A stretch of 61,259 bases of DNA, the filler included, from Circinaria calcarea (Eukaryota): NCBI GenBank assembly GCA_051942165.1. It is 4 parts of 4 records of this genome, joined end to end, with 100 filler letters (N's around TTAATTAATTAA, not from the genome) between each part and the next. Parts side by side here need not be neighbours in the genome. Positions count along the whole stretch, not along the records: positions 30,715 to 45,958 come from JAVECS010000381.1; positions 46,059 to 61,259 come from JAVECS010000382.1; 2 more parts are not named here. One strand, written 5' to 3'. The translations under genes were made by a program, and so were the position numbers. This document shows, in pieces, positions 37,211 to 49,775 of the stretch. Each line of letters begins with the position of its first letter. Positions within the stretch are counted from its first letter, which is position 1. A model generated the notes under the pieces. The model saw only the letters and a list, made by a program, of their open reading frames with translations. It did not search any database and was not told the origin of the DNA.

Positions 37211-39933
37211 ATGGAAGGTCTTAGTCTAGCTGCCAATATTGTCGCTATCACCTCTATTGCAATCCAGCTAGCGGACAGCGTCAAAAAGCTTTGCGAGTTC
37301 TGGAAATCCATCAAGGACGCGCCAGAGGAGATTCACACTATTGTAGCAGACCTCGAGCTTCTTTCTAGTGTTCTTGCAGAAATTACTTCAGAAAAGCAGC
37401 TTCATCCGGATGCGACAACTGCGGCGGTATTAGAGATATGCGAGTCTAAGGTTAAGAAACTCATGACAATTGTCAGCGATTTAGAGCCTGGTTTTGCCTC
37501 ACAGAAGCCTTCTATACGCAAATGGACTGCTTTCAAGGCCGTGATTAAGGCCGAGAAGCTTAGAAGGTTTCAAGAAGCTGTAGAAAGACTCAAAGTTACG
37601 TTGATATTAGCACAGCAGAACTACCTTTCGTGAGTTATTCCGTTCTATATAATTCATGTTCTAGTGGTCTTTGGGCTCCTTTGCAATGTTGTTGAGCGGT
37701 TATCTGCCTTCCTTTTTCAATTGTCTATTTTATGCAGAGCTGGAGAGCTTTACAATGTCTATTTCAGATTTGCTTCCAGCTCTATATTTACCTTTTTTGT
37801 CTTATAACACGATAACGTGCCTAAGCTGACAACGTAGTATACCTAGCCGCATCAATCATGTTCGGTTTGAGACTCAACAACAAGACCTCCAAATCATCAT
37901 GCGGCGTGTGAATAGTTTGAACGTCCAGCAGGCATCAGAGCCAGTGGACACGTCCTTTGAAACATTTTCTAACGTAGGATATCATATAACAGCCATACGC
38001 CGAGAAATCTCACGTGTGGCTAATATCCTGCCTAACCTCAGATGTCGCTCTATCTTTGAGATGGAAATGGACAGAGCTATGCAGCAAATTAATAAAGGGC
38101 TCCAGAGTAACGATCCTAAGAGCTTCTCAGAGACAGAAAGTATATTCTCATCATATAAAGAGGGAACGAAATCATTTCCGCAGTGTTGGTCATCAAGATA
38201 TCAGCCATTAAGAAATAGGACTGTTCGTACGCGCAGCAATATCTTGCAAACGTTCATCGGTTCTCTGCATGTGGAATCGAAGACAATTCATGTGCAGCCA
38301 AAGTACTCCAGCATCAGGCCAGCTCATGACTCCCAATCAGAAGCTCAATACGAGTATCAGACAGCTTCAGTCATTGTGTACCCTGCTCCTTGGCTGGTTA
38401 ACCGTGGCTTTAGCTACAGCCCTCGGGTCAATGCTGCTGGTCCTCCCTTTTGGGACTTGAAGCTTAGAGTCACCCATGCAGTACCAGATGACAACTTGGT
38501 ATTTGAATTTTGCAAACAAGGGAATGTTCCTGGCCTCAAATGTCTATTTGCTCGTAAACAGGCATCTACAAAAGATGTAGATTCTCAAGGAAGAACACCA
38601 ATTTATGTAAGTCTAACAGCTCGAGATGCTTTCCAGCATGTGTCGCTTTGGAGCAAAACCCTTAATTCAAGAAATGTACTCTGACAGTCAACCTTAGTTT
38701 GCAGCGCAACTCCATCAAGTCGAGGTCTGCAGATTCCTTATCCAAGAAGGGGCTGATATTACCCTACGCACCTTTCAGCCCCCCCGAGAAGGACCTTCAA
38801 CATGGTAGGAAACAATATATGCATACACCACCGCATAAACGATACTAACTATTCCACGATTTAGGAGTCCTCTTCTAGCTGCAGCTCATCCATGTTCAGA
38901 GCGCAAAAGCACTTTGACCGATGCAACCAATACACTCCGTCTATTTGAAGATTGTATGGATTTTAGTAATGCTGCGGGTGATGGCTGGCAGGTTCTCTCA
39001 ACACTTTGCAATCAAGCAGTGAGTGCTGGAGGCGATGAAAAGTCGAGAATCGATCTTTTTTTATGGGACCTACGATTATCAAGCTCTGATATGAGGAATA
39101 ATTTCGACGAGACTGAATTCTCAAGACTCTTGAATTTCACATTCTACGAAGAATTGCAAGAAGCCGCTACTATACTTTTGAGTATAGGTGATAACAATAT
39201 TAACGCTGTAGCAGCTCCGAACGGTTATACAGTTCTTCACCGAAGAATAGCGTATGCAGAAGTCGAATTATATCCATATCTCGCAAAATGGCCAGATCTT
39301 CACATACTTGGCCGAGATGTCAGTTTGAGCCCACAATGGGAAAGCCCAACATCTCTGGCTATGTATTCGTCATGGGCGTTTGCAGACTGGCGTTGCAGTT
39401 TGATAGATTTGAAGGTGGATATCGAAAAATTTGTCAGACAGGAGTTAGAGGCAGAAGCAAGTCCTTTGCACGATGCTGGTTGGAAGGTAAAGAATTTGCT
39501 TGCATTATTCCACGCTACTGTCAAACCTATCTTCCTTCCACGGGATCAGGAATATAGCCGGTGCAAAGACTGCTCTTGTGATCTAGACATAAGGGTCCAA
39601 CCCTCGTGGATACAAAGGATTGAAAGACTCAAGCATGATATGGATTTTGACATCGATCTCGGTTGGCAAGAAATAGAGCAGAACAGACCAGACTTCAGCG
39701 ACGATACCTTTCATAAAGCCGAGTATGATCTCTATGAAGCAACGGGTGAAGATTCTGGGATGTACGAGTCATCGACTGCCGAGTGCTCGATTGGAGATGT
39801 ACCTTCGATGGAACTAGTGGATGAAACATATACAAATAATGCTAGCTCCGGTGGCACAGTTTACGGTGAATTTGATGTATTGTGTATTGCATGTTGGGAT
39901 AATTATACAAATTGTGGTTACAAGCGTTTTTGA
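37211..39933 (+). CDS. HeLo-like (fungal STAND N-terminal) domain plus ankyrin-repeat protein, no NACHT seen
   Basis: MEGLSLAANIVAITSIAIQLADSVKKLCEFWKSIKDAPEEI...LERLKVTLILAQ-type HeLo-like N-terminus; ANK motifs VFEFCKQGNV...DVDSQGRTPIY|FAAQLHQVEVCRFLIQEGAD; introns near 37630-37846, 38606-38698 and 38804-38864 (approximate). Confidence 0.8.
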
Positions 39934-40149
39934 CGGAATTAATTTCGCTGGTCCTGGTAACAAATATTTCTCAGACATCTAAATCATAACATCGCGGGCG
40001 GTTGATGGAAATGGAAGTGCTAAATACTTCATTAGAAGTTAACGAGGATGGATAGGCCATTCAGGAAGGCAAAAATGTATTTCTCAGCAGTGAAAGCTAG
40101 AATGACATAACCTCTTTTGGCTAGTAAAGCTTCTGGCCTATCATACCTC

Positions 40150-41300
40150 AAATATTCGAGGCTAGGCAGTGCCAATCCCCATCGTTGAATCAGCTACAGT
40201 GGTACGATATATATGAGATCTAAAAGCCGCTACGTGCCTACGGGAAGAATTAAAAAGTCCAAACTGATTAAAATCATTCTCTGTGTGTAATCCTGAGATG
40301 AGTGAATATAGAGAGGCGATAAGAATTGTGGATGGGAAGTCAAAGTAGACGCAGTTTGGATTCATAGCTACTGCTATTTCCCAGGCTCGGGAGTAAACGC
40401 TGAATCCCAAGCCATTCGAACTGCCTTGTTAGGTGCTCGACTTTCTACAATACCTTGTATATTCCAAAGGCTTGATTTTGTTTCAATCGATTACTCTCGA
40501 TAAGTACGAGCAAGATTTTGGAGACTCCGCCTATACAACAGATCGTAATTTAGCAAAACTAAGGCAATCTGGCGGTGGGACCCTAAGGCCCACGTTTCTG
40601 CTACAGCGGAACGGCGTCCAGCCTAAAAGAGTATTAACCAATCACCACGTGGTGAGACCATATTCGGCAGGCAAGGACATTATGGCATTAGTTAATGAGC
40701 ATGATTACGGTGCCACAGTGTTGGGCAGCAGAATGTATGGTGACATTGCTACCTGAGTATGTAACTAAGAAACTATCTATGCTACGAAAAAGTGCTTTTA
40801 TGGAGTGTAGAGAGTGTTGAGCATGGACCTCCTAGCAACACATGCTCGGTAAGCCCTATGGCTTCCAACACAGCAGCGCCGTTGTCACAACTATACAATA
40901 TCCAGCATCCGCGGACCTTAAAGCCACCAAGGAACAGATTAAAGGGCGTATTCAAGCGTTCTATCAGGAAATTGAAGAAGTTAAACAGATTCTTTAAAGG
41001 TTTAAGATGAAAGGCGCCGATCCCCCGCAAAAGCATTTACACAGAATTAAAAGATCCAAGCGCGGCTTAAAGCAATCTACGAAACTGGAGGAGATACTTA
41101 AATAAATACTAATTAAGCTAGGAAACGTTCTTTACTCTTCTGGCCATTAAATAAGCTCGAGGAAATCAATAATTAACTGGGCTATTGTTAAGACACCTAA
41201 TACAAAAGCTTTCCCAGGTCGATTGAACAAACTCCCAAGCCCTGGTTCCGAAGGTTTGGATGGGAATTTGACAGATTCCTACGGGATGGGTGAGCCTATC
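40150..41300 (+). pseudogene. Decayed fungal trypsin-like (S1-like) peptidase
   Basis: Residual motifs in order: GGGTLRPTFLL...VLTNHHVVRP (catalytic His region), VSPMAS and LGNVLYSSG...IINWAIVK...NKLP; many stops and frameshifts; Ser motif not seen. Confidence 0.55.
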
Positions 41301-42883
41301 TATAGTACGGACGAAGATGAGCTGCAATCTCCCCGCCACTTCTCCGAGATCGAACGTAATAACTCCGGACAGTATATATTGACCGTATAAATTACACTGT
41401 CCGCAACAATCAGTGGAGTATGGAGCATGACGTTAGATATACTGCCATTCAGCCTTGCTGATTGGATACTGCAACCAACCAAAAGAGGCGCTGGCCCCGG
41501 GCGCAAGGCTCCGTCATATTCCGGAGCGAGGCTGAACTGAAAACATGATCCATATCATCCCGCATGCTCATCAAATTTTCATCCAACATTTTCGATCGCC
41601 TTTTGGCCCACGCGCTTTATCTACAACTTTAGATTGAATTTGTGTAGGTATCAATAATGACTTTTGGTTCCAATTTATTGCGTACATTATATTTCAGGGG
41701 TTTAATCGCATTTCACCGCATATCTCTAAAGTCAAGAGTTTACGCTCTTAGGAATGGTACCAATCACTCGAATGTACAACGAGGGCGTTCATACGCTGTA
41801 TGCGATCTTTAATCAGGCAGCGCAAGCAGTGGAATGTGACAACAAAGTAACGAAGACTTCATTAACAGTGAGAACCTTGTCACTTTTCCGCTGGCGACGA
41901 TGCCCTCATACTGGTTCCGCGCTTATATTTCAAATCGAGCACCCTTTGTTGAGCCCTTGCCAATTATTGGCTGCCGAGAGTCTAGCTAGCGCCCTAGCAC
42001 CAATAATAGTGGACCTGACCAAGGCATCATCGATTCCCCTTCAATTCAACTGCGATGGACTTTCATCAAGTTACATGATCGATTACTCTCTCCTGGATCA
42101 CTGGATTATATATGGATGCAACCCGGCCGTGTTTCGCATCTTGGTCCTAAATCCACAATGACGCTACCCCTGTCATATTACTTGGCACGAGGGAAGGTAT
42201 CAGGCTTGCAAAAACTTATCGCAGCAGATAATCTGAGTGACCAAGAGACATTTCTTCCATGCCAGCTATCTAAAAGGGCTGGTACACCCTTCCGCTTCCA
42301 CTTCACGAATGCTACCCTACGCCTTCCACCAGCGCCCAATTGTCAACCACTCTGCCTTGGATAGTGCTACCTGCATGAACATTTAAGCTTATCTTCATTG
42401 AAAGAGCCGCATGGCCCATTCCGTCATTTGTTCATTCAGCAAGTCTAGCCTAATTGGCCTCCGACCACATCTAAATTGCCGCTCTCCTCAACTATCCCCA
42501 AAAGTGCCCATAAACAACATAGCACTAATCTTTTGGGATTAATCTGGATTTCACCGACATCGCGGGCCAAACCTGCGCCAGTATCTCCCACTACGTCGCC
42601 CTCGCAGTGCTCCTCATCTTCCATGGATTTAGGCAAGGACGCACAACAGCGCTATGGGTGGACGAGCCAAGCTGGTACTTATGATTTCAAATTACCTGTT
42701 ACTGGAGCTGATCTAAATCCACTGACTTGTATATCATGCGTGGACATGACTACCTTTCTTATACTCTCAATTTCTACTTTCGCCTTCTCTACAATCACCA
42801 TAGTCTATTTTCCTCATCTCGATATCCTATCTCGATCATTACCTCGTTCAAGCAGATATTTAGGGCATTCATTTACTTAGACT

Positions 42884-44150
42884 ATGTCGCCTGTATGCTT
42901 GTATGTGAACAAGCATATCCTTTGCGCCCGCTTTTTGGTTAACTCGAAAGTCTAGACGGTCGGGCAGTCCTTGTTATCTCGTCAATGACTGGACTACTTG
43001 GTGCGAAAACTGCTGGAAATCAATACTACCCAACTCTTCGTCTACTGAGCCCTCTACTGTGTTACGGAATGACGTCAACGCCAGTGGATATCTGAATGAA
43101 TCCAATGTCAACGGACCTCCGAATAAACCCAACATCGGTGGATTTCCAGGCCCATTCAATAACAATAGGGTTCTAAATAATCTTAATGCTCACGGAGCTC
43201 CACTACACCAGGATCGCATCTCATCGCCGTCTGACTTTCGAGATCAACCGGTTCCAGGTACCATTACCCCCTCGTAAGTCAGCTCAAGTCTGGAATCTGG
43301 AAAGTCAATCAAGTCGTCTAATGATGAACTTTATACTGGAAGTAGAATTGGGCTACCCTCTTCTGCTGGGTTTCAGAATCGACCCAATGCCAACGGATTT
43401 CCGAACGCATCCAATCACAATGGGGGAGTTCCGCTAGGCCAGACTAACAACTCATCGCCGTCTGGTATTTTTAATCCACCAGTCCCAAGCACTATTGCCC
43501 CTTCGTGAGTCATTCCTGTCCTGGAAAGCCAACCAAGCCAACTAATAATACCCTTTGTAATGCAAGTGGAATACCTGATCTTGGGCCGAATAGACCGGCA
43601 ATTCCTTCTGGCTTTTGCGGAAGCATTACTAGTTCCTCCGGGGCAGCACATTCTATTACCTATTATTGCTGCCAACCTTTCTCAAACAAGCAAAACTGGG
43701 TGAGACACTGTCGAGACCAGCACGGGGACCCAAAATTTAAATGCTGTCACTGTTCGACACCATTTAAAAGAAAGGATGCATGTCGCTTGCATGAAAACAC
43801 ATGCCACCGTTAAGGCTCAAAGCTAAGAGGTCTCTAATCGGGATAGTTTTGATAATTCTGGAGGGCCTCTGCTACTGTGAAGGAAATAAGGTGCTCCGCT
43901 ATGCTCCTAAGGTATGGGGAAAAGACGCTGTCGAGAATGGGTTTCGAGGTCCCGAATAGTGAAGACTCAGAAGGTACATGGCACGAACTAACTGCTAAAC
44001 TGGGATGCGCATATAGAGGTCATAGGGTAATAGAATTCAAGACTGCTGCCGAACTGCTATTCTGCTCTGCTACGTGTACGAAGTGTGTAAGATCTCCGAG
44101 TCTTTCATGGCTACCTGCCTATTCCCTATGCGCATCTAATCACTAGTCGC
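42884..44150 (+). pseudogene. C2H2 zinc-finger protein, 3' part degenerate
   Basis: Fingers CCQPFSNKQNWVRHCRDQH and FKCCHCSTPFKRKDACRLHENTC at 43665-43810; the upstream frame is restored by introns 43274-43342 and 43505-43566; stops follow 43813. Confidence 0.55.
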
Positions 44151-44972
44151 CTTAGCTCCCCGACAGTCCTCCTCTCCTATAAGTTATTCCCTTACAACTC
44201 CTCTCTTCCAAGTCGTAGTAGTATGCAAAGGAGAGGTTTTCCAGCACTGCCTTACCGCTCGATTCCAGCCCCGTTACAGTTACAGATCCCGGCTGTGCGT
44301 GCTGACTTCGCAATAGTTCATGCGCTTTGTCGTTGCTGGCTCTCTCTCCACGACAGGAGGGACGTGCCCGTGTTCTGTATCAGCACTATCGATTGGGGGA
44401 TTTGCGATTGCCGGTTAGGTCATATGGATCTATCTCTCTAACTGGGTTATGTTCGAACTCGCCATGCCAGCGTCTTTACCCCCGGCTTTCGTGTGGGATT
44501 CCTTTGTACCACCCCAGAGCCCGCCCACTATGTTCATATACAGCCGCAATTTTTTCACGGTCATAAATAACGAGAACACTGCAGCACAACACAATCAAGG
44601 CTTGGAAGGAGGCTACCCAGCCTTACCGCGCCGGTTAGTAAAGGGGAACGCGCCGGTTAGCAACGGGGAAGGTTAATCCCCCGCAGAATGTTGTGGGCCG
44701 AGAAGCTTATCTTTGCCAGGGCGCCTAACCCCGCAAGACCACATGTGGCCTGCTCCGGCTAGGGAGATGCTAGCTAGCCTAGCGTTATGTAGCTTAGCAT
44801 GCCCTGAAACGAAGTTTCTATCGGCGGGAGATTTTCCGAACCGAAGCAGAATTTTGCGGTGTTCTCACTCTGGCCTTAAAATTGGCCTAAAAAGGTTTAG
44901 TTTTTCGCTCGATTGAGCCTAGTTTTTCGTTCGAATGGGTTTCGCGTTTCTAACCTATTTTGGCTTATTAGG

Positions 44973-45469
44973 TTTAGCGTAGCATAATCTTATGCTAAGC
45001 TTTATGCTATTTTATGCTACGTGCTATGCCATGCTGCGTGTTATAATATACTGCGTGTTATGTTACTGGTAACACGCGCCAGCGCGCAGAGCCCTGAAAC
45101 AAATTGTATTGAAGCATAGCATGGCAATAGCACGCAGCATAACATGGAAAGAGCACACAGCATGGCATAGCGATAGCATGCAGCATAGCATAGCAATAGC
45201 ATAGAGCTGCAATAGCACTATAGCGTGTACAGCTTGAAAGGGCATAGAGCTGCCATGGCGCATACAGCATAGTAATAGCATAGAGCTGCTATAGCAGCAT
45301 CACGTATGCAGCATAGGAAAAGCACACAGCATAGCATAGCAATAGCACGCAGCATAGGATGGAAAGAGCACGCAGCATAGCAGAGCGTGCACTATAGCAG
45401 AGCGTGCAGCATAATATATAGCATAACACGGCATAAAGCTCAGCATAAAGCATAATACGCTACGCTGAA
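44973..45469. mobile_element. ~500-bp non-autonomous inverted-repeat (MITE/foldback-like) element made of GCATA/TATGC repeats
   Basis: Left end tttagcgtagcataatcttatgctaagctttatgctattttatgcta matches the reverse complement of the right end ttcagcgtagcgtattatgctttatgctgagctttatgccgtgttatgcta, mostly via transitions; repeat polarity flips near 45070-45110. Confidence 0.7.
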
Positions 45470-45958
45470 TGTAGTAAAATCAGAGGGGCGATTTGTATCA
45501 TTTAGTGAGCGATCTCGACTCGGGGGTGAGGATATACAGGCTATGGTTGGTATACCCAAAGGATATTCCTAATCGGTCGGTCAGTTCTTAAAATCTAACT
45601 CGCTAATGTCGGTAGGAATACCAACCATCTCATTATTAATATTCAAAATGCCCCCAATGAACACGTTTAATAAAATAATTATTAAATGTTAAAGGTTCAG
45701 CAGGAAATGGCTTAAGCAATGTATTGAGACGGTATTGGAAGTGTACGCAATAGTCGATGCCCTGAAACGAGGTGTTACGTCCCTAAGCTTCTTAGGCAAA
45801 GGCAATGCTAGTCACTGGTATAAGGCAGGGGCTCTGTAATATGCGCACGAGTTCTATACCAACGGTTGGCAAGTAAGAATGTGACAATAGAAGTATATTG
45901 CTACACTTGTAAGGTCTTGACCACACAGGTCAAATACTACGGAAAGGACTGAGACTAT

Positions 45959-46058
45959 NNNNNNNNNNNNNNNNNNNNNNNNNNNNNNNNNNNNNNNNNN
46001 NNTTAATTAATTAANNNNNNNNNNNNNNNNNNNNNNNNNNNNNNNNNNNNNNNNNNNN
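45959..46058. other. Artificial contig-joining linker
   Basis: Same N44-TTAATTAATTAA-N44 spacer. Confidence 0.99.
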
Positions 46059-46109
46059 CCTCCCCCCCCTTCATTAGCAAACCCCCAAAAAACTCATTAG
46101 TTTGACCAG

Positions 46110-46864
46110 ACAAAGACAAATGGATCAACCGCGAGCGCCTCCACTCCTCCGACTCCTACCACATCCCCATGACCGAGAAAATGCCCGAGCGGTTTCCCGT
46201 ACCGACACTAGCCGTGCGTGCTCTCAATCCCTATCCCCAATCCCAACTCCCCGTGCCTTACTTACCCCTTTCCTTCCACCCTAGGTCCAACGCGCCCTCG
46301 TCGCCCTAACCCTCTTCTCCCCCTCCAAACTCCCCGCCGCAATCGCAGCGCTCTGTCGGGCGCTCTGGGCCGAAGGGAAGCCAATCAGCCAGCCGACGGA
46401 CTTTCTGCCGATTTTTGCGGCCTTGATCGGGGAGGCCGGGGCAAGAGAGGTGCTGGAGAAGGTGAGAATGCTCTTTCTCAGATTTTTTTCTGAAAAAAAA
46501 AAAGATTTCGTGTTTTTGGTGAAAGTGCTTGAGTGGGTCGGGAAAGATGGCTGATGTGAGGGGGAGGGGCGGCGATATAGAGTACCAGTGATGAAGTCAA
46601 GAAAGCCCTGATACGGAATACGGAACAGGCGGTGGCGGATGGGGCGTTTGGGCTGCCGTGGTATGTGGGTAAGTTTTGTTGTCACGGGGGAGAGCTTACG
46701 CTTCTCATTCGGGCTTGGCTAACACATCTACAGCAGTGGATCAGGAGGGACGGAAAGAGTGCTTTTGGGGCTTCGATCGGATAGGACAGGTAGCGGCTCA
46801 TCTGGGGCTTGAGGAGCCAAAGGCAGGCGAGGCTACCGGAAGGGGTTGGAAAGCCATGCTGTAG
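46110..46864 (+). CDS. Glutathione S-transferase kappa / HCCA isomerase (DsbA-like), 5'-truncated
   Basis: Spliced KDKWINRERL...FPVPTLA|VQRAL...ALWAEGKPI...|STSDEVKKALIRNTEQAVADGAFGLPWYV|AVDQEGRKECFWGFDRIGQV; ends KAML (PTS1-like). Confidence 0.88.
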
Positions 46865-47041
46865 TGGTAAATTACGAATGAGAAGCACCATTGCAAGAGT
46901 AGCAAGTGGCTGAGAATGTTTTTGGGGCTCAGACTCGAGCTATCTGGGATAACTTATGAAGAGCTACGAGAAGACCCGTTGATATGGTCACGCATGCCCT
47001 TAGTTCCCTGTGAGCTCACGCCCCATCACCCCGTGAATATT

Positions 47042-47463
47042 TCATCCGAATGTAGTTGGCTTATCTTTGATGGGAGCATCAGAACCGGTGGTGCTCTTGT
47101 ATTGTTTGCGAAGAAAGTCGGAGATCTGCTCATCCTTGGCTTGTTCCACGGCGGATTCGTTGCTCTGGTCACCCGCACCCATGAAACGCTCCTGAACAAA
47201 GTCGACACCTAAAAATCAATCGGGGATTAGTGTAATGATTCATTTGGGTAAATGGAGTATGTTAAGCCCGACATACCCTTGTCGATGTAATCCTCGTTCT
47301 TCTCACTCTCCTTGCCCCCTCCAGCAGCGGAGTTGAACTTATCGCCGAGGCCACCGAGGAAGCCACCACCGCCCTGCTTCTGCTCTCCACCGGTTGTGCC
47401 TTGTTGCACGGTTTCGTTTTGGCTGGTCTCCCCTCCACCCATCTGTTTCTTTAGGAAGTCCAT
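47042..47463 (-). CDS. Small hydrophilic stress protein (often annotated DDR48-like in filamentous fungi)
   Basis: MDFLKK...DKFNSAAGGGKESEKNEDYIDK|GVDFVQERFMGAGDQSNESAVEQAKDEQISDFLRKQYK; one intron. Confidence 0.8.
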
Positions 47464-47907
47464 GTCGGAGAAAGCAAGTTTGGTGGTAGAGCTGAGAAAG
47501 AGCAGTCAGCAACGGGATCCTAAGAGGCATGCTCTTGTTGCAGGAGAGGATGGCTTTCTTCCATACCTTTTGGTATTGTGGATAGAGCTTGTGTTGTGCA
47601 GTTGCGAAGTTGCTTTTGTTGGTTATGGAATTGCTTTAATAGTAGTTGAGAGGAAGGTTCGCGGCACCTCGAAACTAGATTTAGACAGATGACGTGCGCC
47701 AATCCTTCCAGCCCGACAAGAAGCTGGGAAAGAGTGAATTGGAATGCAGCAAGTCTCGCCATCCCCAAGATCGGGCGGGGAAGTGGGGTTGGGCAATCAG
47801 GTTTTTGGAACAGAGACGATGAGGGCTTGGCGTAGATCGAGCCCAGTGGCCCCACCAAGATCTCGGAGGTAATTCTCTGGCTGCTGAAATGTTCCTCGAG
47901 ATTGATC

Positions 47908-49160
47908 ATGCCTCCCATTCCTATCACCATCATCACTGGCTTCCTAGGCTCCGGTAAGATCATGTAGCATTCATACCTTCACATGCCAATGCGAAAACCA
48001 AGAAAGCCTTCCGTCTCGGGATACTCAGTAGCTTACCTTGATCTGGCGTAGGGAAGACGACCCTCATACTCGAGACCATTCCCCAGCTACCACGAGATTA
48101 CAAACTAGCCCTGCTGAAGAACGAGTTCGGTGACCTCGCCATTGATTCTCAGTTAGCTTCAGCGGCAGCCATCAGCGGAGTAAAGGAACTTTTGAATGGA
48201 TGCATCTGTTGCAATCTTGTCGGGCAACTGGGCGATGCCCTCGATACCTTACGTGAGGATGTCAAGCCGGATCGTATCTTTGTCGAGACTAACGGCAACG
48301 CGTTTCCGGCGACCCTGGCAATGGAAATCAATCGACTTGCAAGGGAGACGGGACACTATGCGCTTGACGGAGTGATAGTGGTCATTGACGTGGAGAATTG
48401 GAAAGGTTACACAGATATCAGCGTCACGGCAAAAATGCAAGCACAATATACGGACTTGATCATCTTCAACAAGTGGGAAGGCGTCAGTGAAAGGCAATAC
48501 GAAGATTGCCTTGATCGGGTGGGAGATCTTGAATTACAGGTTGCAACCGTGAAATCGGATAGAGGACGAGTCAACCAAGGTTTGCTCCTTGGTCTGGATA
48601 GCGCCTTAGCTCGGAAGATGGACTCGTCGCATACAACGTCTTCCACCAACAGTGTTGGGCACGGAGGGCATTCTCATGCCTCAGATCATCAGAGCGAAGT
48701 CGAGGTCCTCTCGATTGCTTTACAATCCACAGGGAGCAAAGCGCAAGGAATCGACTTAGAGTCGCTGGAAACGTTCTTGCTGTCAGCGCCAAAAGACGAG
48801 ATCTACCGGATCAAAGCCATCGTTACGACAGCTCGTCCACCAACTTCTTCGAATGGTACTCCGGCCGCTGCAGGGCACAATGCTGCAGGAGGTCTTCAAC
48901 GTTATATCCTCAATTGGGCTTTTGGACGATGGACTTTCACCTTGACCAAACTGTTGCCCGAGGTGGCGGTGCTCTCAACAGAGGACAGCCTACCCATGAA
49001 AGAAACAACTAGCGGAAGTTATGAACCATCGTTGAGAATGACAATAGTCTTAGCAAAGTATGAAGCAGAAAAGTGGAAAAGGCGTATCGAAGCAGGTGGA
49101 CTCTTGAAACTCGAACATCCAGACGAGCACTTTGTGCTAGAGGTCCGCCGGCTGTCGTGA
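47908..49160 (+). CDS. CobW/COG0523 (ZNG1-like) metal-chaperone GTPase
   Basis: IPITIITGFLGSG|KTTL Walker A, NEFG, GCICC metal motif, IFVETNG, FNKW, His-rich segment and EIYRIKA. Confidence 0.93.
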
Positions 49161-49775
49161 TAAATATATATCGCGTAACAAGGTGCTCGCCTCCCAATCC
49201 TGTGTGAGATACCGGTTGGGGATTGTTATTGTAGACTTTGCCATACTTCACTATTGGTGGAAACGGAGATAATCGACCAGTCCGAATATTTCTTACTCAC
49301 TGAACACCGAGACTTTCTCCAGGCTTTGGTAATTACCTTTCCTCAGGAATAGGGATTTGACGAGGCTGTCAGGAAGAACCGAAACATCAGCTCTACTGCG
49401 CTATATGAAAATGGCGGGCTCCAAGGGGAGCAGCTGTCTGACTTAAAGCATGCTTCCAACAATCTGCTTGCCAAGGCATGCTATGTGCCAGCAAAAGCAG
49501 AACTATCAGCATCAGAGACTGTAGCCCTCCACCCTTAGGTTTTCCAGTTACAGGTATGGGGGTACCAAGACTTCCGTCATTCTTGTCTTATAGGTCCGGT
49601 CGCAAGCGTGCCGGGTGACGATTAGTACTGTGTAAGCATGTCCATGGACCTTACCGGCGGGCAATAGCTGCATTGGCTAATGTATTAAAGACGATGCTCT
49701 ATACCGACATCTCCCACCTAGCGCCTCGCTTTCAAAGGTCGCTGATCTCGCTGCACTATAATGATAACGGGAATT

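Noticed and set aside
42884..44150. OLD/ZAO-type editing-controlled zinc-finger antiviral locus
   Set aside because: No deaminase gene is visible on the contig, and the stops are better explained by introns and decay.
30715..45958. Starship captain (DUF3435) or an intact transposase
   Set aside because: No tyrosine recombinase or DDE motifs recognised; cargo status cannot be judged from a 15-kb contig.
15305..46014. TTAATTAATTAA palindromes recurring every ~15.35 kb
   Set aside because: They are embedded in fixed N runs and are assembly linkers, not biology.
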